Below are positions 37,443 through 50,382 of a stretch of 64,000 nt of DNA, in pieces. Source of the DNA: Octopus sinensis (Eukaryota). The notes below the pieces were generated by a model, which saw only the letters and a list, made by a program, of their open reading frames with translations, was not told the DNA's origin and ran no database searches. The position numbers and the translations under genes are program-made. Positions within the stretch are counted from its first letter, which is position 1, and the number at the start of each line of letters is the position of its first letter. The stretch lies in the NCBI RefSeq assembly GCF_006345805.1, contig NC_043002.1:114452001-114516000 (forward strand), in the 5' to 3' direction.

Positions 37443-40400
37443 ATTGTTAGTTGCCAATGTAAGTACACTGCGCATTACGGTATTGTTTTATCAGTTGGTG
37501 AGCTTAGGAGCATACAAGTTATGGCATGTTTTGGATCTATAAATTCAAAATGTGTATTCTAATATCAACATTAAAGTACTTCTCAATAATAGTTCATACG
37601 ATGAAAGTAACTCTTACGCAAAACTCATTTAATTGAATTACTTTTATATTCGTGGTTTAATCTGAACATCCATTCATTAAAGCCCTAAACTGTCAACCAG
37701 AAAATAACAGGTTTTGTGCCGGTTGCTTTAAATCCATTCGAAATATGAACTTGTTTAATGCCACGTAAGCGGTTGGGTCTCGATGTTAGTTATAAATCTC
37801 AAACAAAAATTCAGTCGGTAAAGTGGGGTGCGAATGAAGTTGATTTATTATCTCTTCTCTTTTGACTGTTAGAGTCCATTTCTCTTAGCGATTAGAAAAA
37901 CAATGAATGGAAGACCGCACGTATATTATGTTGAAGGAATCTAAAGCAGACAACTCAAAGGAGTCTTGTCAAATAAGAAAACAAAGAAAATAAATCAGTG
38001 TTTTTTCCCGCCTAATTTCCCTCGCTAACGGATTTCTAGTGGTGCAGGAAGACAATTGTAAACGTATATTTAAGAATATGTGCTTTGTTTTCCAAAACGT
38101 TGTTTGTATGTATATCTCTTAGTGATAAATAGATTTTCTTTTTCTTCTTGACATTTAGATATCTCCCTTCTGTTGATGGATTGCGGAACAATTTTCGCCG
38201 ACAACCATCAAACTAAGCTAACACTCAGCCGCTATTTTCCAGAGTTTAGAAGAGGAACAGACCATAAATTACTTTTCAGGTGAAATTAACTTCTTCTGAG
38301 ACAAGGCAACAACGTTGATGGCATTATTACACGCTTGTTTTACAATGTTTTTTGTTTTATTGTTTTCCTAAGTTAGTCTGGCTTCCCTTTTATTTCACAC
38401 AATATTCCTGGGAGATTATTTACTCTCACTCAACAAAATATTTGCGATACTTATTATCTAATAATGTTTGACGGTTTAATCTTTCTTTTCTTTGGAAGTA
38501 GCAAATACATGAATATAAAGAATAGTTTTTCAATCGTTACTGTAAATTTATTATAAAAATAGTTTATCTGTATATAACGATCAGAACACTGTTTATTGTT
38601 TCTATTTGCTAATTACTGTTAATAATTCTTCATAAAGTTTTAGAACTTAATGGGTGTGTATCTTTGAAGTTAATGTCCGTTGGGGTGGAGTTTAGAGATT
38701 TCACTCATGTAAACAGCCAAGTTGTGTTGCTTTATCTGATGAAGTAAATGAAAACTAGTTCAACGTAACAATGATTCATTCTTTGATTTAAGAATACTAG
38801 GAATGTGAACCTTATAAAGCCTGAAAGCTAACAGTAATTTTATTTAGTCGTGTTAATCTTCCCACAAAATTCAATTTCTTCTCATAGAACAATAGATTTC
38901 TGATCTGATAACAAAGTGTATGACAGCTATGAACCTACGTAGCTTTCTTTCTTTGCTGACACTCGAAACACATCGCCTCTAAAATAGTCTGCATATTTAA
39001 ACATGTGTTCATACACAGCTAGCAGTGCGAGGCACGGTTTAAGCTTACACTAAATTTGAACTTCTAAGGATTAATATGCTTTGCCATAAATAATTTCTCC
39101 ATTGAGAGGTGCAATAAGGAGTGAAATCTCATTTTAATTAATTCATTAGGCTTTCGATGTGATACTGAATTCAAAACACTCCGAAGACAATACAACTAAC
39201 CACCCACTGATTGATACATCAAAAAGTAGAACTAATCAGTTGCAGGCGGAATGCATCTGATAAGGGAAGATGAAGCTATTTTCTTTATTTACCTGTAACA
39301 CTGAAAATATATTCCCAAGAAAACGAACAATGTCAGACTTTTGAAAGAATGAACAACTCGAATGAATTTGTTAAATATTTTGTTGCAGAATGAAAGGCGA
39401 AATTTGAATTCCCAACAGAGAGCAACGCTTCTAAATATCTTATTACAAATAACTCTGCTGTTTTCATCTCTAAAATAGTTACAGCAGTATTACTATAGTA
39501 TATTCTATAACAATTCTTATCTTCACATCTTTGGATTCACATGTACTTAATAAATAAGGGCTTGTGTCTCAATTAGGAATAATTCCAGCCTTTAGCTCAA
39601 TAAATTTTAATACAATCCCCCCACCTGTACTGTCATCGCGTTTTATACTGCAGCGAATTGGCCACGATGTTAACTTGTGTCTTTCAACAGTTCGTGGTTA
39701 AAACTGAGAGCGATTTTCCCTTCTGGAAGTAATCGGTAGGCGTTAGGTGGATAGGGATGGCTATCGCAAGGTTCAAATGTATGAGACACACAGGAAGTTG
39801 CGATGGCGCCATCACCACTGCCTTGGGAAATGACGGGGGCGGGGTATCTCCCTCTTTTTATGTTAATAGATAAGAAAATGTTGGCGCAAAGCTAATAAAT
39901 TTTGTGGAAGGAAAAGGTCGACTTAGTATTTGACTGGTACTTTATTTTATTGACCCCGAAATGATGACGTGCAAAGGTAACTTCGGTAGGATTCGAGCTC
40001 AGAACGAAGAGAGCCAGAGGAAATGCCGAAATGTGACAAAGGACATTGTTCGCTGCTACATAAAAGTTAATAAGAACAGCAGAAAGACTGCCCGGAGGGC
40101 GGTTTTCTGCCAGCCCCTTGGTAATATTTTCACATTTGATCCCCAATTCTAATAATTTTTATATTTTACGTCTAATTATTTTTTTTTGTATAATAGTGTT
40201 CGCTTGCTTTTAGTAAATATTGCTTTCATTATTGTATCACAGTCATAATCTCTCTTTTTTAAACAAACATCACAGTTGTCCAACAATAGAGAGATGCAGT
40301 TTGTCAAGTTTTACTTTCCCCTCAAAGCAACATAGAGATTTCAATTTAGCAGCCCATTTGTAAGCTTTGCAGTGTGTGTGTGTGTGTGTGTGATAGATAG

Positions 40401-40977
40401 ATAGATAGAGAGGTGGGAGAGAGAGCATTTCAAACAATGAATGAAATAAACATGAAATGAAAAAATAAAAACGCTTTACTACAGATGTATGCGTCCCCGA
40501 CTTTGTTGCCTCATACCATCCAAAAAATGGCTACTTTTTCACAAAATTTTCTACAAATACCGCTTAGATGTTGTGACTTCAGAGTATATAGGGATTTATA
40601 GGAAAGAATTTTTCCGAGGGGGTGGTGAGAGTGGAGTTTCGGAAAATTCACACGATCTGACTTTTTTTCCCTTTCAGGAAGATTGGTATCTTTTAATGAA
40701 AATTTATGCAAATCTCTTTCAAACGGCATAAATTACGATTATAAAGAAATTTGTGGGGAAAATTTTTTTCGGGGATTTCCCCCATTTTTTTTTGGAGCCA
40801 CAGCCTTCGAAATTATGGGGTTGAAAAAATTTTTGAAAACTCTTTTTTTTTACACCCCACTCCCACATCATCATACTCCGGATCTATTTTGGCCAATTCT
40901 TTTTTTGCTCTTCAAGACGATGGGAAGAGCATTTTCGGTAAAAATATAAAAAAAATTTGTTAATATTTTCAGAGAGG

Positions 40978-42345
40978 AAGGCGACGAGCTGGTAGAGAAA
41001 GGTTAGCACGCCGGGCGAAATGCTTAGCGATATTTCGTCTGTGTGAGTTTGGATTTATTGGTAATTATTATTGGAGTGCGTCTGTATAGTAAGTGCAAGT
41101 TTCTATTGACTGTTTTTGTGTTATTTCCTGTTATAATTATTTGTGTGATAGTCTTCGTTCGAAAACTATCGTGTGTTTTCCCCTGTGGGGGAAACATTAA
41201 TTGCTGGCAAGATGCCAAAAAGTGTAACTTCGTCTGGCGAAGAGTCGTCAACCGACACAGAGGCAAAATAGATTGATGGTTTAATATTTGGTGATATTTC
41301 GGATTCTTCTGAAAGTGAATTTCCTCAACCATCAATGTGTACTGTTGCAAAGAGGAATATTGACGTGAAAAGTCTCAAACAGAAGAAAATAAACAAAAAG
41401 GTTTTGCGTTGGCGGCTATCGACAAACAAAAATGACCTAATAAAGTACGAAGATAAAATAACAATTGAAGACGGTGTTGTTAGAGAGGTGACTTGCCCGT
41501 TTGGGATAAGCTCGCAAGACATGGTAAGCGTCAGTCTCCGACCTGAACAAGATACGGGGGAGACAGGGAAACCGTCCCTCATGCTATTGAGGGACAGATA
41601 TCTGAAATGTGGGTTTATGCTGAACACCTGTTGTCCGGCGAAGGAAGAGTACGGCTGTCGACTAAGTCAGTTATAAAAATTGATCCACCGGAAGTTTTAA
41701 CGAACGAAGGTAAGAATTGTCTTCTCACGGTTGTAGCAATAGCGAAAGAGGTAGTATGGAAGACTAGGATAAAAGAGATTAAGACAGGCAACTTTATCTC
41801 CGGCCACGATTTACGATCATCTTTTACTTTTCATTTGAAAAGGAAGGTGTGGCTGGAGAAGAGGTGTCTGTCGGAGAGTATGTTCAAAAAGAGATGGAAG
41901 CATGTTGCACGAGTGTTGTGCGTGCAAGAAACTGTGTGAATAGGCTATAAAAGAATAACAAAAAAGGCACCAGCGATAGATCGGGGCTTGTGGGGTCGGA
42001 GCGTGGCCTGATCATCGCTACATTTGTGTTGTCTCTGTATTGTTAATTACATTCAAATTTTAATATTTTATATAATTTTTATATTCATATTTTATGCAAA
42101 ATCATAACGTATTGCTGATCCCAATCAGTTATTTTGTTCATTTCTGTGTTTGGCTCCCTGTGACCAATATAGAAATTAGTATTTCGTCTGCCGTTACGTT
42201 CTCAGTTCAAATTCCGCCGAGGTCGATTTTGCCTTTCATCCTTTCGGGATCGATAAATTAAGTACCAGTTGCGTACTGGGGTCGAACTAATCGACTGGCC
42301 CCCTCCCCCAAACTTTCGGGCTTTGTGCTTAAAGTAAAAAGAATA
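40978..42345 (+). mobile_element. SINE B split by a Tx1 insertion (head 40978-41041, remainder 42178-42345)
   Basis: The SINE sequence stops and resumes at the duplicated tatttcgtctg. Confidence 0.8.
41042..42177 (+). mobile_element. Internally deleted L1/Tx1-like LINE (5' UTR, probable ORF1 start, ORF2 C-terminus, 3' UTR)
   Basis: LPVWDKLARHG..RETVPHAI..MWVYAEHLL..VAIAKEVVWKTR..MFKKRW (zf-RVT region). Tail ctccctgtgaccaatatagaaat and ~11-bp TSD. Confidence 0.75.
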
Positions 42346-42745
42346 TTTATTTCTTTATTACTCACAGGGGGCTAAATATAGAGGGGACAAAGAAGGACAG
42401 ACAAAAGGATTAAGTCGATTACATCGACCCTAGTGCATAACTGGTACATATTTAATCGACCCCGAAAGGATGAAAGGCAAAGTTGACCTCGGCGGAATTT
42501 GAACTCACAACGTAGAGGCAGACGAAATACCTATTTCTTTACTACCCACAAGGGGCTAAACGTAGAGGGGACAAACAAGGACAGACAAAAGGACTAAGTC
42601 GATTACATCGACCCCAGTGCGTAACTGGTATTAAATTTATCGACCCTGAAAGGATGAAAGGCAAAGTCGACCTCGGCGGAATTTGAACTCAGAACGTAAC
42701 GGCAGACGAAATACGGCTACGCATTTCGCCCGGCGTGCTAACGAT
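42346..42745 (-). mobile_element. Tandem SINE B array
   Basis: Tail|ggtatttcgtctg junction at 42531/42532. Confidence 0.85.
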
Positions 42746-43860
42746 TTTTAATTCTTTATTGCCCACAGGGGGGCCAAACATTGAAGGGACGATACAAGTG
42801 TGTGGGGCCAGGATGAAAAACACAAATATGAAAAAAAGGTGTCTGCTCTTTCTTCTTTTTTTCTTGTAGGGAAATGGGTTGGGTGGGTTTGATGCCTGTA
42901 TGTGAAGGGTGGGTCTGAGTGGTCTTGGGTGGGATGGAGTTGCATTGGGGTACCACATCACACTAATCACACTCAGTGTTCTTTCTTTTTTCTCTTCTTC
43001 TTTCTACTCTCGGTTATTCTCCATTCTTCCTCCTTTTCCTACTTTCCTCCGCCTGTCTTTTCTTCTTCTCTTTTCTCTCCGTCTCCACAACTGTTTCCTC
43101 TACTATTGTCCTCTGTAGAGGGCAGTACGCTCTAATGTGGCACTTTTGGCCACATTTAAAACATCGTGGTACTCTGCCTTCTACCCACACTCTCAGCACA
43201 ATTTCCCCCAGCGTCACCGTCTCTGCCAAACTCTCTAGTTGTTCCTCCCCCGTCTGTATAATCAATTCCAATGTCTTCCCTTTCCAACCTCCTTCCTCCG
43301 TCTCTGTGGCTTTAAGGACAGCCGCCTCCACCAAAGCCACTTCTATACCAGGTGGGGTGCTTCTACCCTTACCTTGGAAGTCTTACTTCCAAGGTATGTG
43401 GGCAGAAGCACTACTTCCTCTGTTTTCACCGCCACACTCTCCAGCCTCCTCGCCTCTTCTACTTTCCTAAATTGGACGACCATCGTCCCATGTCTCCTTA
43501 CTTTGGTTATATAACGTCACTTCCTTTGACCGCTCCCTTTGCGCGTTCTCCGTTTCAGCTTCCACCTGCTCAGCCTTTTTCCTTTTAACGAGAACACCTT
43601 ATAGGTGATCGTTTTTCTCTCCATCCTCTCCATAATTCCTTTGGGGGGCGACAACTTCACGTCACCTCCCACCTTCTGTACCATCTTCTCATACTCCTTC
43701 AAACCAGCCAAGTCCAGCTCTCTTCGCATCAGTTCCGTGGCCTCAGCAAAACTCCTTGTCTTCTCCAATACTTCGTTCATCTTTATGACCGCCTCTACCG
43801 GCTCTCCCTCTGTTGAAGACCTGCCAAAGTCTGAGTACATCGCCTCACTTTGGTTGACGC
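42746..43860 (-). mobile_element. ORF1-only (HAL1-like) non-LTR element with a gag-like zinc knuckle
   Basis: ORF pieces 43840-43517 and 43340-43014 include LRVWVEGRVPRCFKCGQKCHIRAYCP. A short 3' UTR follows directly, ending ccctgtgggcaataaagaat. Confidence 0.7.
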
Positions 43861-43894
43861 ATGCGCGGAAGCAAGCTTCTTACCACACAGCCAT

Positions 43895-44140
43895 GTGTAT
43901 GTGTGTATGCGTGCGTGTGTGTGTGTCTTTGTTTCAGTATTTGTCCCCCACCACCTCTTGACAACTGGTATTGGTGTGTTTATGTTCCCGTAACTTAGCG
44001 GTTCGGCATAAGAGACCGATAGAATAAGTGCCAAGCTTTTAAAATATAAAATATGTACTGGGATCGACTCATTCGACTGTAAATTCTTCAAGACGGTGCT
44101 CCAGCATGGTTGCAGTTTAATGACTGAAAAAAGTAAAATA
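43895..44140 (+). mobile_element. SINE family A, 3' half
   Basis: cttgacaactggt..cttagcggttcggc..gctccagcatgg. Confidence 0.8.
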
Positions 44141-45679
44141 AAAAATAAAATATATCACTGCTCGATGACGACCATTCTACCTGTTCGATGGAATGAATGA
44201 CAAACATCTTCAATTACTTAACGTAAAGTAGCTGCGTTATTGTACTGTTCATGGAATCCTTAGGCAGAAGCAATGTGGTGCAGTTTATGTGACAAAATAG
44301 GTCATTTTTCCGTTTACCTAATTTCAATCAGAAGCCTTGGGGAAATCCGAGGTGATAAGAAAAAAAAAACAAACTCTTGCTCAATACGTCATGCTGTGAG
44401 ATCGAACTTGGAACTTCAATACACCGTAACGAGTCTTCAACCACAATGTCATGCTTGCTACCCACCTACACACACAGGCGCACACCGATATGTGAGATTA
44501 GAGTTGGGTACTTTTATGCGTTTGTAAAAAAGAAAGAAAAAACAAAGGTTAAATAGATAAAAGGGTAATATTTGTGATCAATTTACTCAGGCAAGCATTT
44601 CGTTGCTAAGTTTTAATTAATGTAGAAGATATTTGGTTTTTTTCTTCTAATAAATAAAAAGAAAAGAAAGAAGTGTCTTCGTTTACTAACAAGTTGGCAT
44701 TCTGACAACTTCAGACTAGTTAAGACATTCCACACTAAATACACTAACATTAGTAATCTCTTCTTCAGAATAAAACAAAGCCATCTAGCTGTGATAGTTC
44801 GTTACACACACACACACATACACGTATATGTATAGGGAGGGAGAGAGAGGATGGGAGATAGAAGAATGAGAGAGAACTTAAGAGAAGCATCTTTGGTGGT
44901 CTGCTACTAACTCGACTGAAAGAGTCAGTGAGTGACCTTTTCTTATCCGACTCTCACTAATGTAGCGACGCTGTTCTGTGATTTATTCCATACAAAAGAA
45001 AATATAATTGATGGCTTCTTAATTCTCTTAATGTAAGCAAAGGAACGCCTGTAGTCTGCTACTTATCACAGAATATCTTGCTATGGTACTTGGTTGCTGT
45101 TTATACCAACTTTCATACGTACACAATCTACATGCTTAAACATTTGCGTATAATATGTACACACAAATTCATAGCAAAATGAATACACACACAATAACAC
45201 GAGACCCCCCCCACATATATATATATAAACATGCATACACAAACATACACATACAAACATGTATACGTTCACACACAGAGCCGAATGATTAGTAGATTTG
45301 GTTAGCAACCACCACATTCCGGGTTCGATCCTACTGTATGGCATGATCAGCTGTTATTTCTTGTAGCCTAGGGTCAAACACGAGTCTTGTAAGTAAAATT
45401 GAGTTGACGGAAACTGCGCAGAAGCTCCGTCACATACTGTATCCCACTGATTTTGCCTGAGACTCACATTACAGCTCCATGTGGCTGCGGATTGCCCAAC
45501 CAATTACAAGTAAATTCAAGAACAGGCAATTCAGTTGATCGAACCGCGGTATCTTCATCACTGAACGACGGAGACCTACCATCATTATAAAGTCTGTTTA
45601 ATGCCAACGGATACCTTAATCGTAGTCCAATAATGTTCCCACTCTTTATCTACATGATAGATAAAATAAATATTAGATC

Positions 45680-46062
45680 CAAACCCTTGCACAAGGCCAG
45701 CAATTTCGGGGCAGGAGGTAAGTCGACGCCTGTGTTCATCTGTTACTTACTATATCGATTCTGTCAGCATGAAAGCCAAAGTCGGCCTCGGCGAAATATG
45801 AACTCTGAACATAAAGGCGGATGACATGCTGCTAAGCAATTTGCTCAACGTGTTAATGATTCTGCCAGCACGCTACCTTTTAAGGTGAAATGAATATTGA
45901 TTTCAAATTTTGGCACAAGACCAGCAATTTCGGAGGAAGGTGGGGATAGTCGAATACCTCGACCCCATTGTTCAACTGGTACTTATTTTATCGACCCCGA
46001 AAGGATGAAAAACAAAGTCAACCTCGGCGATATTTCAACTCAGAACATAAAGATAGACGACA
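45680..46062 (-). mobile_element. Two degenerate SINE B copies
   Basis: Core motifs are recognisable. Confidence 0.7.
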
Positions 46063-46219
46063 TACATACAAAGTATTTGTACATATGTATAGAAAAAAAC
46101 AACCCCAAAACAAAAAAATGTGTGAATGCCGACGCGTGTCTGTATGCCAACATATAGCGCTTGCATACACACACATATATATATATACACAGATACATAC
46201 AGAATTCATGTATATGAAT

Positions 46220-46629
46220 AGGCGCAGGAGTGGCTGTGTGGTAAGTAGCTTGCTTACCAAACACATGGTTCCGGGTTCAGTCCCACTGCGTGGCACCTTG
46301 GGCAAGTGTCTTCTACTATAGCCTCGGGCCGACCAAAGCCTTGTGAGTGGATTTGGTAGACGGAAACTGAAAGAAGCCCGTCGTATATATGTATATATAT
46401 ATGTGTGTGTGCGTGTATGTTTGTGTGTCTGTGTTTGTCCCCCTAGCATTGCTTGACAACCGATGCTGGTGTGTTTATGTCCCCGTCACTTAGCGGTTCG
46501 GCAAAACAGACCGATAGAATAAGTACTGGGCTTACAAAGAATAAGTCCCGGGGTCGAGTTGCTCGACTAAAGTTGGTGCTCCAGCATGGCCGCAGTCAAC
46601 TGACTGAAACAAGTAAAAGAGTAAAAGAG
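46220..46629 (+). mobile_element. SINE family A, well-conserved copy
   Basis: Full length and close to 59696-60113. Confidence 0.9.
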
Positions 46630-46971
46630 TATATGTGTGCGTGCATGTGTTTCTATGTGTAAGAGTGTCTACAAGTATATATACGTCGCTATTGAAACTG
46701 ACATATATACACATATTCAAAATAAGCATAGAAACGTAGCTCGGCACATACAGTATATACACTCAAAATATCTTGCTTTCAAAATTAGATACTCATGATG
46801 AATATTCTATGGTTTTTACACCCACCCCAACAGATACAACACACACACACACACACATACACACACACACACACACATACACACACACACACACACACAA
46901 ACACGCAAACATACACACATATGCACACACACACAGAGTGGGGATTTGTACGAAACAGAAAATATTTAGTA

Positions 46972-47340
46972 CTAGCACTATGATCCGGCAACGCCGGGTC
47001 ATAGTGCTAGTGCATGCATATACAGCTGTGTGCGTGCGCACATACACGCGAGTACTGTCCAAACCTCCGACCAATCACATACAGCTAGCTGGCATTCAAT
47101 TGGCGTATCAAGTTTCGGGCATTTTGATTGGGTTTTGGATAGAAAATTCACAAAAAGTCACTTCTATTGATTTTTTAATGGCTTTGCGGGGTGACTGGGG
47201 AAATGTAAAGATGTGCACGACCACCCTTGGACGGTTTTGAATGACCATAGAAAGTGCGAGCCCTCTAACTGAAAAATTGTGCATTTGTATAAAGGATACT
47301 CACACACACACACACATTTTGCCGTTTATATATAGAGGGA
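46972..47340 (-). mobile_element. Non-autonomous Helitron-like element
   Basis: The minus strand starts TC..TATATATAAA and ends in a long hairpin actagcactatgacccggcgttgccggatcatagtgCTAG|T. Confidence 0.65.
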
Positions 47341-48322
47341 TTTTCAAGCTTTATAAGCGACTTATATGATGGAATCTCCGGTCGAAAACTACGTATGAGT
47401 GTTCAGTTTTTGCTGAACGGCCTGCACAAATGATTAGCTTATAGTGCTCAAATGTATGTGCTGTATATTAGCTCATTCCCTCTCTCAAATCGACGTTGCC
47501 CGAACAAGTGTACGGTGTACCAAACGACAGTATAAGGTAGCGAGATGGCAGAATCGTTTCTATAAAGACTGCTCAGGGCATTTACTTATGGAATACTGGA
47601 AAGACAAACATGCTATCTATATAGTAATTATTAGCCAAGAATCAGAAAAAATAAAGATGTGTACAGATACACACACATATTTAACTATGTGCATACATGC
47701 ACATATACACAAATATTTATACGTTTATATGGATATAGTTTAACCATCTCTCATAGACTTGAGTAACTAAAAAGTATCCATGTACGAACAAGAAATACAA
47801 CAATTTATAAGGGATAAGAGCTTAATAGGTCATGCACATGTATGCATATATACACGTACAAATATTTATACATTTATATGGATATAGTATAACCATTCTG
47901 CACAGATCTCAGTAGCTGAACAATCTCTATTTCAGAACAGTAACAACTTATAAGGGATTAGAGGTTAATAGGTAAGGATATCAAAGTCAGAAAACAAAAT
48001 AATAAGAATTTATAGAAAATAATAAGAAATATATATAACCTATATTTAAAGAGACAGGGTATTAAAATTTGAGGTAGGGAAGAGATAAAGGTAACCCGAA
48101 AAGAGGAGGTAGTAGGTATGGGCGTACTGAGGGTAATTAGAGGTAATCAGGCCGAGGAGATTTTATAAGTTGCAATATTACAGGTGTTGTTACTTATATG
48201 ATTTTATAGTTTCTAGGAGATTTACTTACATGAAAGCCATTACAAATATTCATAATATGATCAGTATGGTAGAACATCATAGAAAGGGAAAAAATAATAG
48301 TTTAATCACCAAATATATGCGT

Positions 48323-48500
48323 TTCTTCTCTAGGCACAAAACCCGAAATTTTGGGGGAGGGGGCCAGTCGATTAGATCGACCCCAGTACGCAATTAGTAC
48401 TTAATTTATCGACCCCGAAAGGATGAAAGGGAAAGTCGGCCTCGGCGGCATTTGAACTCAGAACGTAAAGACAGACAAAATACCGCTAAGCATTTCGCTT
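48323..48500 (-). mobile_element. SINE family B
   Basis: Core plus the alternative tail. Confidence 0.85.
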
Positions 48501-48509
48501 ATCGTGACT

Positions 48510-48889
48510 ATGAGTTGTTTTGACTCTTATTTCTAGCAGTACTGGTGCTAACTAGCGCCCTTTCTCGCTTTAGTGACGTATATATTTTTCCCTTTCGGTT
48601 GAAAAATTGGTAACAAGTCACCCTTATCATTTATAATTTTCACTTACACCAATTATGAAATCAGCGTATGATTTCTACGGTGATCTTACGAGTTGAATTT
48701 AACCCAAGATGCCGGTAAGAGCCACTGAATAGCATTAATGTAAATGCGAAATCACTGGTGATCTGGCTATGCTCGGTGCTGAGAGAGATTACTTCCCTTG
48801 TCAGTCATTAAGATAGTGCTTATGCGTAGTTTTGACTCATATTTCTATCAGTACTGTTGCTAACTAGCGCCCTTAGTGGCTTTAGTGAC
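48510..48889 (+). mobile_element. Retrozyme/pLTR-like unit with direct terminal repeats (48510-48577, 48822-48889)
   Basis: 68-bp direct repeats with a 312-bp period, a central hammerhead, and a (CA)n end. Confidence 0.6.
48720..48768 (+). ncRNA. Type I hammerhead (one core substitution)
   Basis: agcca CUGAAUA gcauu aaugua aaugc GAAA ucacugguga UC uggcu. Confidence 0.7.
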
Positions 48890-48948
<59 letters not shown>

Positions 48949-49939
48949 CTATGTATGTATGTGTACGAGTATACATTTAAAAAATTCGTGTATTACATGT
49001 TTTTTAAATCTTCAGTATACTGTATAATACTAAAGAGCAATGTTCGATGTTTTTAAAAATATGACGAGATGACCGAAGGTCCAGTCATAAAGAAACTGAT
49101 TTCCAACTTTGACACAAAATTTTAAGTTCTGTTGTGTTATAAAAGTTAGTATTACACGAAATACATTAGCCTTAACAGTATACTAAAACTATGTCTCTGA
49201 CTCAACTACTTGGTAGTTCACCAATCGACAAAGATACTCGCTACATTTAGCATAAACCTACATTTTTTACTTTTAACATAGAAGTCTGTCTTACAATGGT
49301 GCAAGAAAACAGGATATTGTAATGTTTATGCCTTTCACAAGTGCCGGCGTAAGTGAAATGAAACAATTAATCAGGGAATCGGAGAAATTCTCTCGCATTC
49401 CCCTTCATTTTCCACACTCTTGGAAAATATAAATCAATGCAATGTCAATGAAAAGGTCTCATTTCGTTATCACAGTTTTTACGCTTGGGTGAAACTTTTA
49501 AATGGAGTCTTATATATATATATATGTTAAAAGAAACCGCTGGCAATGCTATTCATTTCATTTGAAAGTGACATTAGAGCCACAAGATCATTTGCAAACT
49601 TAATGATTTTTTTTAAAGTGAAGTCAATGAAGGAGAAGGCAATGAATATATATAAAGTAGATTAACTACAATGTTGTAGCAGTGCAAGTGTAACATTCTG
49701 GGCTTTGTTCTTTAATGAATTGGTTTATAACTTAGGGATAAAATTCAATGTTTTTAGAGACAGAAAAAATTGGAACTCGTGATAATCGGGCTACTTTCAA
49801 AAGGCATCTCTAACTCAAATGTAGTAATGAAATAGTTTGAAATGTGAAGCGAGATCAGGTCGCATCACATAATTATGGTATTTTACCAGCTGCATCCATT
49901 TTTGTTAGTATTTTGGATATTAATATAAATAACAGAGAG

Positions 49940-50382
49940 GGCAGTGGACCTGGTAGAAATCGTTAGAGCATTAGGAAAATGCCTTGTGATATTTGTTCTG
50001 GTTCTAACCACGTCGAGGTTACCTTTGTTTCTCATCTTTCCGGAGTCGATAAAAACAAAGTACATGTTCACTTAAAATTGCTGGCCTTGTATCTAAATTA
50101 AAAACATTTATAAATAATCCCTTCTACTATAGGCGCAAGACCTGAAATGTTGGTGGTGAGGGCTTAGTTGATACTTAGTTTATCGACCCGCAAAGGGATG
50201 AAAGGCCGTTGACCTCGCCAGAATTTGAACTCATAACCTAATAATACTTAATTTATCAACCTGAAAGGGATGAAAGGCACAGTCGACCTCGGTAGAATTT
50301 GAACTCATAACCGAAAGACAGAAGAAATGCCGTTAAGTATTTTTGTCCGGCGTGCTAATAATTCTACTCCCTCGCTACCTTA
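49940..50382. mobile_element. Degenerate SINE B cluster
   Basis: Core motifs in both orientations. Confidence 0.7.

Noticed and set aside
38726-38770. Hammerhead-like CTGATGA..GAAA-actagt-TC
   Set aside because: Stem II cannot form and stem I is out of register, so this is likely chance.
39790-39850. Promoter-like cluster (CAGGAAGT, ATGGCG, GGGGCGGGG)
   Set aside because: Short motifs expected by chance, with no linked exon or other support.
47360-47400. Possible decayed hammerhead (actta..gtcgaaaactacgtatgagt)
   Set aside because: The core is too degenerate to support.
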